From: Isurus oxyrinchus
Lineage: Eukaryota
Reading direction: 5' to 3'
NCBI GenBank assembly: GCA_026770705.1
Contig: JANJGN010000004.1
Coordinates: 190,650,001-190,714,000, forward strand
Length of the DNA stretch: 64,000 nucleotides
The notes under the pieces are model-generated. The model ran no database searches, was not told the origin of the DNA, and was given only the letters and a program-made list of their open reading frames with translations. This document shows positions 47,640 through 60,959 of this stretch, in pieces. The position numbers and the translations under genes were made by a program. Positions within the stretch are counted from its first letter, which is position 1. Each line of letters starts with the position of its first letter.

Positions 47640-50070
47640 AGGTCAGTAATAGGGAAGTTCAAAGATGATTGCACAGTGTTCAGTTCCATTCACAACAACA
47701 CTCGTAATGAAGCTGTCAGGCTTGGGCTGAAGTGGCAAGTAACATTTGTGACATCTAAGTATCTGGCAAGGACCTTGTCCAACAAGAGTGAGTCTAACTA
47801 CCTCCCCATGCTATTTAAATTGTATTACTATCGCTGAATACCCCACTATCCAATAACCTAGGGTCACGATTGACCAGAAACTGATTTGGACCTGACATAT
47901 AAAAACTGTGGCTACAAGGCTGGGTATTGTGCAGCAAGTAACTCATCTGATTTCCCAAAGCCTATCCACCATCTACAAGATACAAGTCAGGAGTGTGAAG
48001 GAATACTCTGGAACACATGCCTGGATGAGTGCAGCTCCAAAAACACTCAAGAAGCTCGACACTGTCCAGGACAAAGGAGCCCACTTGATCAATGCCCCAT
48101 ACACCACCTCCAACATCCACTCCCTCCACCACTGATGCACAGCACATCAGTGCAAAAGACAAGGCTGAAGCATTTGCAACAATCTACAGCCAGAAGTGCC
48201 GAGTGGATGATCCATCTCGGCCTCCTCCGGAGGTCCCCAGCATCACAGGCTTCACCCAATTCGATTCACTCCACGTGATATCAAGAAACGGCTGAAGGCA
48301 CTGGATAATGCAAAGGCTATGGAACCTGACAATATTCCGGCAAAAGTACTGAAGACTAGTTCCAGAACTCGCCATGCCAATAGTCAAGCTGTTGCAGTAC
48401 AGCTACAACACTGGCATCTACCTGGTAATGTGAAAAATTGCCCAGGTATGTCCTGTACACAAAAAGCAGGACAAATCCAAACCAGCCAATTACCACCCAT
48501 TAGTCTACTCTCAATCATCAGTAAAGTGATGAAAGGGGTCATCAACAGTGCTATCAAGAGGCACTTGCTTAGCAATAACCTGCTCACTACACTCAGTCTG
48601 AGTTCTGCCAGGGTCACTCAGCTCCTGACCCTATGTTCAAACACAGACAAAAGAGCTGAACTCCCAATGTGAGGTGAGAGTGACTACCCTTGACATCAAG
48701 GCTGCATTTGATCGAGTGTGGCATCAAGGAGCCCTAGCAAATTTGGAGTCAATGGGATTCAGGGGGAAAGTTCTCCGCTGGTTAGATTCATACCTAGCAC
48801 AAAGGAACATGATTGTGGTTGTTGGAGGCCAATCATCTCAGTTCCAGGTCTTCACTGCAGGAGTTCCTCAGGGTAGTGTCCTAGGCCGGGCCATCTTCAG
48901 CTGCTTCATCAATCACCTTCCTTCCATCATAAGGTCAGAAGTGGGGCTGTTCGCTGATGATTACACAATGTTCAGCACCATTCGTGACCCCTCAGATACT
49001 GAAGCAGTCCATGTTCAAATGCAGCAAGACCTGAACAATATCCAGGCTTGGGCTGACAAGTGGCAAGTAACATTCATGCCACACAAGTGCCAGATAATCA
49101 CCATCTCCAACAAGGGAGAATCTAACACATCTCCCCATGACAGTCAATGGTATTACCATCGCTGAAGCCCCCACTATCAACATCCTGGGGGTTACCATTG
49201 ACCAGAAACTGAACTGGACTAGCCATATAAATACTGTGGCTACAAGTGCAAGTCAGAGGCTAGGAATCTGGCGACGAGTAACTCACCTCCTGACTCCCCA
49301 AAGCCTGTCCACCATCTACAAGGCACAAGTCAAGTGTGTGATGGAATACTCCCCACTTGCCTGGATGAGTGTAGCTCCATCAATACTCATGAAGCTTGAC
49401 ACCATCTAAGACAAAGCAACCCACTTGATTGACATCCTGTCTACATATTCACTCCCTCTCCACCAATGCACAGTGGCAGCAGTGTGTACCATTTACATGG
49501 TTGATGCACTGCATCAACTCTGCAAGGCTCCTTAGGCAGCACCTCCCAAACCCATGATCACTATCACCTAGAAGGACAATGGCAGCTGATACATGAGAAC
49601 ACCACTACTTGGACATTCCCCTCCAAGCCACTCACCATCCTGACTGGGAAATATATCACCGTTCCTTCACTGTCGCTGAGTCATAATCTTGGAACGCCCT
49701 CCCTAACAGCACTGTGGGTGTACCTACACCACATGGACTGTAGCGGTTCAAGAAGGCAGATCACCACCACCTTCTCAAGGACAATTAGGGGTGGCCAATA
49801 AACGCTGGTGTAGCCAGCAACGCCTATACCCTACGAGTGAATGAAAATAAACAGTGGCAGCAGTGTGTACCATATACAAGCATTGCAGCAACTCACCAAG
49901 GCTCCTTCGACAGTACCTTACAAACTCACAACATCTACCACCTAGAAGGACAAGGGCAGCAGATGCATAGGAACATCACCACCTGCAAGTTCACCTCCAA
50001 GTCACACACTGTGGTGATTTGAAACTTTACCGCTATTCTTTTGCTGTCGCTGGGTCAAAATCCGAGAACT
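47640..50070 (+). mobile_element. Second LINE lineage (CR1/L2-group RT), nested copies; main copy ~48140-49850
   Basis: [31 protein letters not shown]...MEYSPLAW; 3' end ...gtgaatgaaaataaa. Confidence 0.85.
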
Positions 50071-50109
50071 TACATTTTTTTAATTCATTCACAGGAATTG
50101 GGCTTCGAT

Positions 50110-50920
50110 GCGGTTGATGACCCCTTCCATTACTTTACTGATGATCAAGAGTAGACTGATGGGGCAGTAATTGGCTGGGTTGGATTTGTCCTGCTTTTTG
50201 TGTACAGGATACACCTCACAGAATCACAGTACAGAAGAGGCCCTTCGGCCCATCGCGTCTGCACCGACACGTGAGAAACACCTGCCCTACCTATCTAATC
50301 CCATTTACCAGCACTTGGCCCATAGCCTTGAATGTTATGATGTGCCAAGTGCTCATCCACCTGGGCAATTTTCCACATAGCTGGGTAGACAGCCGTGTTG
50401 TAGCGGTACTGGAACAGCTTGGCTAGGGGCGTGGCAAGTTCTGGAGCACAAGTCTTTAGGGCTATTGCTGAAATATTGTCAGGGCCCATAGCCTTTGCAG
50501 TATCCAGTGCCTTCAGCCGTTTCTTGATGTCACATGAAATGAATCGAATTGGCTGAAGACTGGCATCTGTGATGCTGGGGACCTCCAGAGGACGCCGAGG
50601 TGGATCATCCACTTGGCACTTTTGGCTGAAGATTCTTGCGAATGCTTCAGTCTTCTGCACTGCTGTGCTGGGCTCCTCCATCATTGAGGGCGGGGATATT
50701 TGTGGAGCCTCCTCCTCCAATGAGTTGTTTAATTGTCCACCACCATTCATGACTGGATGTGGCAGGACTGCAGAGCTTGGATCTGATCCATTGGTTGTGG
50801 GATAGCTTAGCTCTGTCTATCACTTGCTGCTTATGCTGTTTGGCACGCAAGTAGTCCTGTGTTATAGCTTCACCAGGTTGACACCTCATTTTTAGGTATG
50901 CCTGATGCTGCTCCTAACAG
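50110..50920 (-). mobile_element. Second-lineage LINE internal fragment (interrupted by the family B tail)
   Basis: KALDTAKAMGPDNI...LAKLFQY...WKIAQV. Confidence 0.85.
50217..50357 (-). mobile_element. CR1 family B 3' tail inserted into an older LINE, TSD CACCT
   Basis: Reverse complement of ~58411-58550; CACCT at 50212-50216 and 50358-50362. Confidence 0.85.
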
Positions 50921-51419
50921 CACCGTATGTGTAGCTGTACCGCACGGACTTTTTTATTTAATTAATTCATGGGATGTAGGCCTCGCTGGCTAGCATGTAT
51001 TGTCCATCCCTAATTGCTCTCGTTCAGAGGGCATTTAAGAGCCAACCATATTGTTGTGGTTCTGGAATCATCTGTAGGCCAGATCAGGTAAAGACAGCAG
51101 ATTTCCTTCTCTAAAGGGAATTAGTGAACCAGGTGGGTTTTTACAACAATCAACAATGCTTTCATGGTCATCATTAGACTTTTCATTTCAGAGTTTTATT
51201 AAATTCAAGTTCCACCATCTGCCGTGGTGGGATTTGAACCCAGGTTCCCCAGAGCATTATCCTGGGTGCTCTGGATTACTAGCAATAGTGCCACTGCGGT
51301 AGTTCAAGAAGGCAACTCACCTCCCTCTTATCAAGGGTGATTAAGGATGTGCAACAAATGCTGGAGTTGCTGGCGATGTTCACATCCTGTGAAAGAATTT
51401 TAAAAAAACTCCTCTGCTC

Positions 51420-53060
51420 TATCCCAGGAGTCCTACAAGTTTATTTCCTTCAAGTGCCCATTGATTTCCTTTTGAAATCATTGATTGCCTCTGCCTCCTT
51501 CAGCCTCTTGGGCACCGAGTAAAAAAGTTCTTCCTCATATTCATCCTGCATCTCTTGGCCAAAACATTAAATCTGTGTCCCCCAATCCTTATAACTTCAG
51601 CTAATGGGAGCAACTTTTCTTTGTCCATCTTATCTAAACCTCTGATAATCTTGTCCATCTCTATCAAATCTCCCCTCAACTTCCTTTGCTCCAAGGAGAA
51701 CAACCTCAGCTTCTCCAGCCTACCCTTCGAGTCTAAATCCCTCATCTCTGGAACCAATCTGGGAAATTGCCTTTGCACTCTCTCAAGGATCCTCACTCAC
51801 ATCCTTCGTAAAGTGTGGTGACCAGATTGGGACATAAGACTCTATTTGGGGCCTAACCACCATTTTATAACAGTTCAGCATAATTTCTCTGCTTTTATGC
51901 TCTCTACCTCTATTTTTGAAGTCCAAGATCGCGTATGCTTTGCTAACCACTCTTGCAATATGTCCTAGCACCTCCAACGATCTATGCATATGCACCCACT
52001 GATCATCCAGTAGCTGCACACTCTTCAAAATTGTGCTATTAAGCCTATATTGCTTCCTTATCCTTTCCATCAAAATGTATCAGTTCACACTTCTCTCTGT
52101 TAAATTCCATCTGCCATTTGTCTGTCCATTCTGCTAGCCTGTCTATATCCTTCATCAACCTTCTTTGTTACTTCATGAATACATTCCATTAGTCAAGCAC
52201 ATAACTACTTCTACAAATCTGTGATGGCTCTCCATAATTAACTCAAACATCTCTAAACGCCTGTTGATTTTCTTCCTGCTTTTGCAATAAGTTTGTATCA
52301 TTCTCACTGTTTGCCACACTTGGTATCATTAGCAAATGTTGAAATTTTACTCTGCATTCCAATATCCAAGATATTTACAAAGAGAAGTTCTAAACCTGTC
52401 TTTGTCTGCTTTTTTCAAATATGGTACTGCTTCCTTTTCTAGTATTATCCAACATACACACTTTGTGCATTTTACTCTTCTTTCCTACTTCTATGTGCTG
52501 GTGCCCATCTCCTTGTCAGGTTAGCTTAAACCCTCCCCAAACACATTAGTGAACCTCTCCACTGGACATTGGTCTCAGTCCTGTTGAGGTGCAATACCTT
52601 CCATTTTGAATAGATACCCCCTGCCTCAGAACTGGCTCCAGTGTTCTAAGAATCTGAAGCCCTCTCTCCTGCACCAGGCCTCCAGCCATGCATTCATCCT
52701 CCCTATCTTCTATTACTATACTCACCAGCATGTAGTACCGGGAATAATCCAGAGATTACAATCCTCAATGTCCTACTTTATTAACTTTCTCCCAGCTCCT
52801 GAAAATCTAACCTTAGGATCTCAATATCTGCCCTCTCTATGTCGTTAGTACCAACATTAGCACTTCTGGCACACTTCTTTCCCCTGCACCCTCTCCCTAA
52901 TGTCCTTTACCCTGGCACCAAGGAGGCAACAAACCATACGGGCTTCATAATGAAGGTTACATAAATATCTCTCTAGGGAATTCCTGTAACAACTGCATTT
53001 CTAGCCTTTGCAATTCTCTCCTGTGCAGCCCCTTGCCCACTGGTGCCATGGTCTGGATTG
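51420..53060 (-). mobile_element. Old CR1 fragments (RT 3' part and ORF1/ORF2-junction remnants)
   Basis: LERVQRQFPRL...RGDLIE; 52530-52930 resembles the family A ORF1 esterase end. Confidence 0.7.
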
Positions 53061-54071
53061 CACTCAATTTGTTCTGCTACCTGATCCCCTGACCCCATAT
53101 TCTCTTCGATCTTTAAAGGCTGAGACTAATCTGGGCAATCCCTCTGTAGGGAGGGTGTTGGTTACAGATTGGTACATCTTAAAGAAGTCTCTGTAGTCTT
53201 CCGCAGGTTAACTGTAAGTCATTACTAACTAGTAGAACTACTTACACATGTACAGTAAAGGTACAAGCTATGAGCTGTTCCCATGCTTAGGCCTATACAC
53301 ATCTGAAAAAAGCTTTTCACACAAGTGGTTCGGGTCTGGAATGCACTGCCTGGAAGTGTAGTGGAGGCAAGTACAATCGAGGCATTCAAGAGGGCATTAG
53401 ATGATTATTTGAAAATAGAGACAATGTGCAGGAGTATGGGGAGAAGGTAGGGCAATGACTCTAGCTCTGGAAAGTTCCCTGCCTCCCTGGTACTATTTTG
53501 TGTTTTTTTCAGGTACCATTTTGTTGCTTCACTGGGGTTTTTCTATCCCTCCTTTTAAGCTCTGCACCGCCTCAACTTGAAGATTGAAGTATTTGTCAAA
53601 GGCTGTTGAAAGTTCCTCAAGGCTTGTTGAGGATTCAACAATGCCATGTATTAGGATTACTTCTTCTGCAGGTTCACCCAAACCAGAAAAAAAAGGTGTT
53701 AATCTGGGTTCCTTCAGATTTTTCATCTACTCCAGTATTTTAAAAAGTCTCTTCTTGAGGATACCACATTTCCTGTTGGATTTTTGATCCATGATGATTT
53801 AATATTTTTTGTAGTTTTTTTTTGTGGCCAGGAGCTGATTCCATGCTTAGGCCTATACACGTCTCTGCTCAACACCACACTGACCTTGGGTCTTGGGTCA
53901 TGTGCCTTCTTACATCACTGTGTGAGCGGACTATACTCAGTCCCACATTAAATGTATATGTGCCTTATATGACAGCCTCTACCTAACAGTCCACAGGGAG
54001 AACTCTAAAGTGAAATAAATTAAAATTCTCATCAAGACACTGATCCATTCTGATGTTTGTTCTTTCCTCAG

Positions 54072-54422
54072 CTGCCAGTGGAAATGACACAGTGTTGAGT
54101 GGGACCGAGGGAGCTTTGGTTACATTGCCCTGTACATTCACACCCAATAAGATTCTTAACCTGACCACTGTTACATGGCTGAGGAAGGAGCCCTACCAAC
54201 ACGTCGTCACATTTCGAGCCCAGTCAAGTGGATCATGGACAACTGTAAATGCTGGAAATCGGAACGAGTTTGTCGGGAACCCAAAGAAGGGAAACGTGTC
54301 AACAAGGATAAACCAGCTGAACCTGAAGGACAATCACACTTACCTGTGTGTGGTGGAATACATGACATTACTAACTAATCAACATCTGATCCAGAATGAG
54401 ACATGGCTGCAGGTCATACGTG
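54072..54422 (+). CDS. Ig V-set domain exon, Siglec-15-like
   Basis: tcctcag acceptor, g|gtaag donor, 351 bp phase 1-1; VTLPCTFT...TWLRKEPY...GNPKKGNVSTRINQLNLKDNHTYLCVVEY has the B-strand Cys, C-strand Trp and D-x-x-x-Y-x-C. Confidence 0.85.
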
Positions 54423-54788
54423 GTAAGAGGCCATTGCCACACTCTTCAGTGTATAGAGGGCATACAGTGAGGGCAGGTGGTGTAACAGCAAACACACGTC
54501 AGTTGTGGCTCGGTGGGTAGCACTCTCACCTTTTAGGCAGAAGGTTAGAGTCCCATTCCGGAGACTAAAGAACAAAACCTAGACTGACACGCCAGTGTAA
54601 AAATGAGGGGGTGCTGCAGTGTTGGAGGTGCCCTCTTTCAGAAGAGGTATTAAATCCAGGCCAAGCCTTCCCTCCTTGGAAGAATAGGAGAGTTGTCTCT
54701 AGGCTCCTGGTTAATATTTACCTCTGGCCCAACATCACCAAAACATACAATCTGGTCATTGTTTCATTGTTATTCTTTTGAGATCTTC

Positions 54789-55287
54789 GGGCAGAATTTT
54801 ACGCCTTGTAGGTGGGCGCATGCCTAACCCGATCAGCTGTAAAATAGCGCAGAAAGATGTTGGACGACGTCTCAACGCCATCCTGCACGTGCACAATCTT
54901 CAGGTTGGCAGGCGCGCGGGAGAGCAGAAGGGAGAGGCCAGGTGTCCAAATGCAGCTTCCAGGGGAGTGACCTGTGGGAGGAGAGGCGCAGGCACAAGGG
55001 GTGCAGGGCCAGCAGCAAGTTCAAGGTAAAAGGGACCGCAGGAGACACCAGTATCCTGCTGCCAGGGTTTGCAGGCAGCGATGCAGCTATCTCAACATGT
55101 TCAAGGTGCAATTCTGAAGGAGGTTCCACCTCTTCAGGGAGACTGTGACCTCCATCTGTCAGATGATAGGACCTGAGATCACCTCCAACTGTGTGGGTGG
55201 AAACCCCATTCCAGTGGCTCTAAAGGTCACAGTGACCCTCGACTTCTATGCCTCTGGCTATTTCCAGGGATCAGTGGGGCACGTGCC
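54789..55287 (+). mobile_element. Harbinger left end with transposase N-terminal remnant, cut by a LINE
   Basis: TIR gggcagaatttt; ...PIPVALKVTVTLDFYASGYFQG. Confidence 0.65.
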
Positions 55288-57250
55288 ACTTGATAGCATT
55301 GTTGATGACCCCTTCTGTTACTTTACTGTTGATCGAGAGTAGACTGAGAGTAGTCAATTGGCCAGGTTGGATTTGTCCTGCTTTTTGGACATAGCTGGGC
55401 AATTTTCCATATAGCCGGGTAGATGCCAATGTTGTAGCTGTACTGGAATATCTTTGCTAGGGGTGCGGCAAGTTCTGGAGAACAAGTCTTCAGATTGCTG
55501 GAATATTGTCAGGGCCCATAGTCTTTGCAGTATCCAGTGCCTTCAACCCTTTCCTGATATCATGTAGAGTGAATCAAATTGACTCAAGACTGCCATCTGT
55601 GATACTAGCTAACTCAGGAGGAGGCCGAGATGGATCATCCACTTGGTACTTCTGTCTGAAGATGATTGCAAATGCTTCAGCCTTGTCTTTTGCACTGATG
55701 TTCTGGGCTCCCCCATCATTGAGGATGGGTGTATTTGTGGAGACTCATCCTAGTTAGTTTTTTAATTTAATTAATTTAGTTTAATTTTTAATTTAATTCA
55801 TGACTCAATGTGATGGAACAGTAAATCTAATGCATTGGTTGTGGGATTACATACTTCTGTTTATCTCATGCTGTTTGTCATGCAAGTAGTCCTGTGTTGG
55901 AGCTTCATCAGGCTGACACCTCATTTTTAGGTTTGCCTGGTACTGCTCCTGGCATGTCCTACTGTACCCTTCATTGAACCAGGGTTGATCACCCAGTTTG
56001 ATGGTAACTTTTTTAAAAATTCATTTATGGGATGTGGGTGTTGTTGGCTAGGCCAGCGTTTATTTCCCATCCCTAATTGACCTTGAAAAGGTGGTGGTGA
56101 GTTGCCTTCTTGAACCGCTGCAGTCCATGTGGTTTTAGGGAGTTCCAGGATTTTGACCCAGCGACAGTGAAGGAATGGCAATATATTTCCTAGTCAGGAC
56201 GGTGAGTGGCTTGGAAGGGAACTCCCAGGTGGTTCTCATATATCTGCTGCCCTTGTCCTTCTAGATGGTAGTGGTCATGGGTTTGGAAGGTGCTGTCTAA
56301 GGAGCCTTGGTGAATTCCTGCAGTGCATCTTGTAGATGGTACACACTGGTGCTTATCTGCATCGGTGGTGGAGGGAGTGCATGTTTGTGGAGGGGTGCCA
56401 ATCAAACAGGTTGCTTTCTCCTGGATGGTGTCAAGCTTCTTGAGTGTTGTTGGAGCTGCACTTATCCAGGGAAGTGGAGGGTATTCCATCACACTCCTGA
56501 CTTGTGCCTTGTAGATGGTGGACAGGCTTTGGGGAATCAGGAGGTGAGTTACTCACTGCCAGAATCATAGCCTCTGACCTGCTTTGTAGCCATAGTATTA
56601 ATATGGCTAGTCCAGTTCAGTTTCTGGTCAATGGTAGCCTGCAGGATGTTGATAGTGAGGGTTCAGCAATTGTAATGCCATTGAATGTCAAGAGGTGATG
56701 GTTAGACTGTTGGAGATGGTTATTGCTTGGCACTTGTGTGGTGCGAATGTTACTTGCCACTTGTCAGCCCAAGCCTGGATATTGTCCAGGTCTTTCTGCA
56801 TTTGGACATGGACTGCTTCACTACCTGAAGAGTCATGAATGGTGTTGAACATTGTGCAATCATCAGTGAACATTCCCACTTCTGATATTATGATGGAAGG
56901 AAGGTCATTGATGAAGCAGCTGAAGACAGTTACACCTAGGAACTCCTGAAGTGATGTCCTGTAAACTGGGATGATTGATCTCCAACAACCACAATCATCT
57001 TTCTTTAGGTATGACTGCATACCTAGTTAAAGGTAGAATGGGGGATATACTGGGCCATGAGGTTACGGATTGTGGCTGAATACAATTCTGCTGCTCCTGA
57101 CAGCACCTCATGGATGCCGTTTTGAGTTAGGTCTGTTCGAAATCTATTCACTTAGCACAGTGATAGTACCACACAACATGATGTAAAGATGGGACTTTGC
57201 CTTTACAAGGACTGTGCAGTGGTGACTCCTACCAATACTGTCATGTGCAA
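55288..57250 (-). mobile_element. Second-lineage LINE fragments, nested
   Basis: FINDLPS...FTDD, MEYPPLPW; homologous to 48140-49850. Confidence 0.82.
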
Positions 57251-57251
57251 G

Positions 57252-57986
57252 TAAGACCATAAGACCATAAGACATAGGAGCAGAAATTAGGCCATTCGGC
57301 CCATTGAGCCTGCTCCGCCATTCAATCATGGCTGATAAGTTTCTCAACCCCATTCTCCCACCTTCTCCCTGTAACCTTTGATCCCCTTACCAATCAAGAA
57401 CCTATCTATCTCCGTCTTAAATACACTCAATGACCTGGCCTCCACAGCCATCTGTGGCAATGAATTCCATAGATTCACCACTCTCTGGCTAAAGAAGTTT
57501 CTCCTCATCTCTGTTCTAAAAGGTCTTCCCTTTACTCTGAGGCTGTGCCCTCGGGTCCTAGTCTCTCCTACTAATGGAAACATCTTCCCCACATCCACCC
57601 TATCCAGGCCTTTCAGTATTCTGTAAGTTTCAATCAGATCCCCTCTCATCCTCATCCTTCCTGAGATACGGGGCCCAAAATTGCTCACAATATTCTAAAT
57701 GTGGTCTGACCAGAGCCTTATAAAGCCCCAGCAGCACATCCCTGCTTTTATATTCTAGTCTTCTCAAAATAAATGCCAACATTGCATTTGCCTTCCTAAC
57801 TACCGACTCATACTGCAAGTTAACCTTAAGAGAATCCTGGACTAGAACACCAAGTCCCTTTGCACTCCAGATTTCTGAATTCTCTCCCCATTTAGAAAGT
57901 AGTCTATGCCTCTATTCTTCCTACCAAAGTGCATGACCTCACACTTCCCCACATTGTATTCCATCTACCACTTCTTTGCCCATTCC
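57252..57986 (-). mobile_element. CR1 family A copy 5, 3' fragment with an internal deletion
   Basis: (TAAGACCA)2 tail; matches ~11038-11877 except for a gap at ~57650. Confidence 0.92.
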
Positions 57987-57995
57987 TTTGCCCAT

Positions 57996-58560
57996 TTGTC
58001 CAGGTCATGTTGGAGTTGTATAGAACCTTGGTGAGGCCACAGCTGGAGTACTGTGTGCAGTTCTGGTCGCCACATTATAGAAAGGATGTGATTGCACTGG
58101 AAGGGGTGCAGAGGAGATTCACCAGGATGATGCCTGGGATGAAACATTTAAGTTATGAAGAGAGGTTGTTTTCGTTGGAGCAGAGAAGACTGTGGGATGA
58201 CCTGATCGAGGTGTACAAGATTGAGGGACAGGGTGGATAGGGAGCAGTTGAAGGGTCAGTCACGAGGGCACACAAGTTCAAGGTGAGGGGCAGGAGGTTC
58301 AGGGGGGATGTGAGGAGAAACTTTTTTATCCAGAGGGTGGTGACGGTCTGGAATGCGCTGCCTGGGAGGGTGGTGGAGGCGGGTTGCCTCACATCCTTTA
58401 AAAAGTACCTGGATGAGCACTTGGCACATCATAACATTCAAGGCTATGGGCCAAGTGCTGGTAAATGGGATTAGGTAGGTAGGTCAGGTGTTTCTCATGT
58501 GTCGGTGCAGACTCGATGGGTCGAAGGGCCTCTACTGCACTGAGATTCTGTGATTCTGTG
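57996..58560 (+). mobile_element. CR1 family B 3' fragment, (ATTCTGTG)n tail
   Basis: LVRPQLEYCVQFWSP...WNALP; ends gattctgtgattctgtg. Confidence 0.88.
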
Positions 58561-58766
58561 TCTCCGAGATAGGGGCAAGATTTCACCCCCAGTCTTTGAA
58601 TGTTTTATTACCTTACAGTTAACATCTCAAAACTACTATACATCAAAGCACCCAGGCTTTAATCCAGTTAAGACACTCACACTCACCCACAGGCCCTACT
58701 ACAAGTCCAATTCAAAAATAATTTCCAGTACCATTATATACATTAATACCTCTTCATGACAGGAAG

Positions 58767-59408
58767 ACAAATAGAATGTTGGCCTTTATTTCAAAGGGAA
58801 TGGAGTATAAAAATAGGGAACTCTTGCTAAAACTATACAAGGCACTAATTAGACCACACCTAGAATACTGTGAACAGTTTTGGTCCCCTTATCTAAGGAA
58901 AGATATACTGGCATTGGAGGCAGTCCAGAGAAGGTTTACTAGATCCTGGGAATGGAGGGATTTTCTTATGAGGAGAGGTTGAGTAGGTTGGGCCTGTACT
59001 CATTGGAGTTTAGAAAAATGAGAGGTGACCTTAGTGAAACATATAAGATTCTTAGGGAGCTGACAGAGTAGATGCTGAGAGGTTGTTTCCCCTTGTGGGA
59101 GAGTCTAGGACCAGAGGGCATAATCTTAGTGTAAGAGGGCACCCATTTAAGACAGAGATGAGGAGGAATTTCTTCTCTGAGGATAGTCAATCTGTGGAAT
59201 TCTTTACCACAGAGGGCTGTAGAGGCTGGGTCATTAAGTATATTCAAGACTGAGATAGACAGATTTTTAATCAGTAAGGGAATCAAGGGTTATGGAGAAA
59301 AGGCAGGAAAGTGGAGTTGAGGAATATCAGATCAGCCATGATCTCATTGAATGGTGGAGCAGACTCGATGGGCTGAATGGCCTACATCTGCTCCTACGTC
59401 TTTTAGTC
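58767..59408 (+). mobile_element. CR1 3' fragment
   Basis: LYKALIRPHLEYCEQFWSP and CR1-type 3'UTR. Confidence 0.88.
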
Positions 59409-60959
59409 TATATCTTATTGCTACCCAAACTGACTCGCTGGGTGGAATTTTCCCATCCTGCCCGCTGTGGGTTTCTTGGTAGGTGATAACGGAGAATCTA
59501 GCTGGAACCCAAAAATCAGAATCCTGCCGGCATGAAAACAGCGCTGCCTTCCAATCTTAAGTCACGCCAGCCGGAAATCCCCTTGTCTGAATCACATTTG
59601 ATAAAGGGTGGTGTGCAGCAATCGGGCCTCGCTTTGCTCGTGACTTCAAGGTGAGTGCTACATTCACAACCTCCCTGTCACAGAGTGGCGCCGGTCTCGT
59701 TGCGATGCCAGTGGAATGCCACACTTTGGAGGGTTGGTCTGCTCCCCGTGGGTGCCTCCGCATAGCACAGAAGGACAGCACCTTGCAGCAGTACTCAGGC
59801 AGAGCTGAGCATTCTGACAGAGACCAGCATTTTGAACGGGGGAGGGAGGGGTAATGATGGAAGGCAGAGGGGCAAGAAGGCTTTGCAAGGGGGTGGAGGT
59901 GGAGGGGGATACGATTGCAGGCAGAGGGGAGGTGGAGGGGTGGGAAGCTGGAGCTCGACAAGGGAAGCTGAGACGCTGACAAACAAGGGGGTGGACGGGA
60001 TAGCACAAGTATGAATGGGAGGGGATGCACACGGACTCCGGAATAGTGTGGCACACATGGAATGGGTCGTAATAAGACTCACGAAGGACGGGGTGGGAAG
60101 AGAGACAGTGTAGTGTCCAGTCATGAGGGCAATGGTGAACTCATTGTAAGTCAAAGTTCTTGCTCTGGGGCCAGCATGTCAGAGTCAGAGAGTAAAGAGC
60201 ACAGACTATCCTTGGGCTCTGTGGATCTCACAGTCAACAGTGAGATAGAAGAGGCAGTCCTGGGGTGCAGCAGGCTATGCTACAGGATTATGCATGGCAT
60301 GCACATTGTACTCCCCCTCCAGGGAGGGGCATGGACTGCGTGCTCAGTTTGGATAATGCACAGCTTAGTGTGCAGTGTGTTTTCACAGTCCGTGTCCATT
60401 GGCTTGTCTGGCTCTGTACCGGTCTGCAGATGGGATGGTAATGGTTGGGGGAGGCATCTGCAGCGTGTATTTGAGGAAAACATAATGAAGGGGCCGGGTG
60501 GTATGTGAAGTGTTCTTGGCAGTTCTCCTCCGTAGATGATTGTACATACAGCCTGTAGATGGGGAGGGTACAGGTGCACACGGGGCATGGGCACATCAAC
60601 AGTGATGGGATCAGAGGGGAGGATGGACATGCTGACCACAACAATAATGGGATCCAGTATCACTGTGGGAGGCTGGAGAATGGTAGGACAGAGCTCTATC
60701 TCCACATCATGAAGTTCCAAGAAAATATGTGGGATGCAAACGGTGAGAGAGGGAGTGTCAAAGCTGGTCTTGAAGTGATAGTGGAGAATAAACATCTTGC
60801 ACTGTCGAACTAATAACAGAGTTACAAATCAAGAGTAGGGGCAAATCTGCATGGAAGGGGTCTGGAGTAGTGTGGGAGGAACGCACCACTGGATGAAGGG
60901 CCCTCTAACTTGTTGGTGCCACAACATTCAAATGAAGTCAGGGCTGAAAGTAGGAACAC

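Noticed and set aside
59557-60813. Several overlapping 100-170 aa ORFs on both strands
   Set aside because: No recognisable domain; GC-rich, partly low-complexity probable transposon interior
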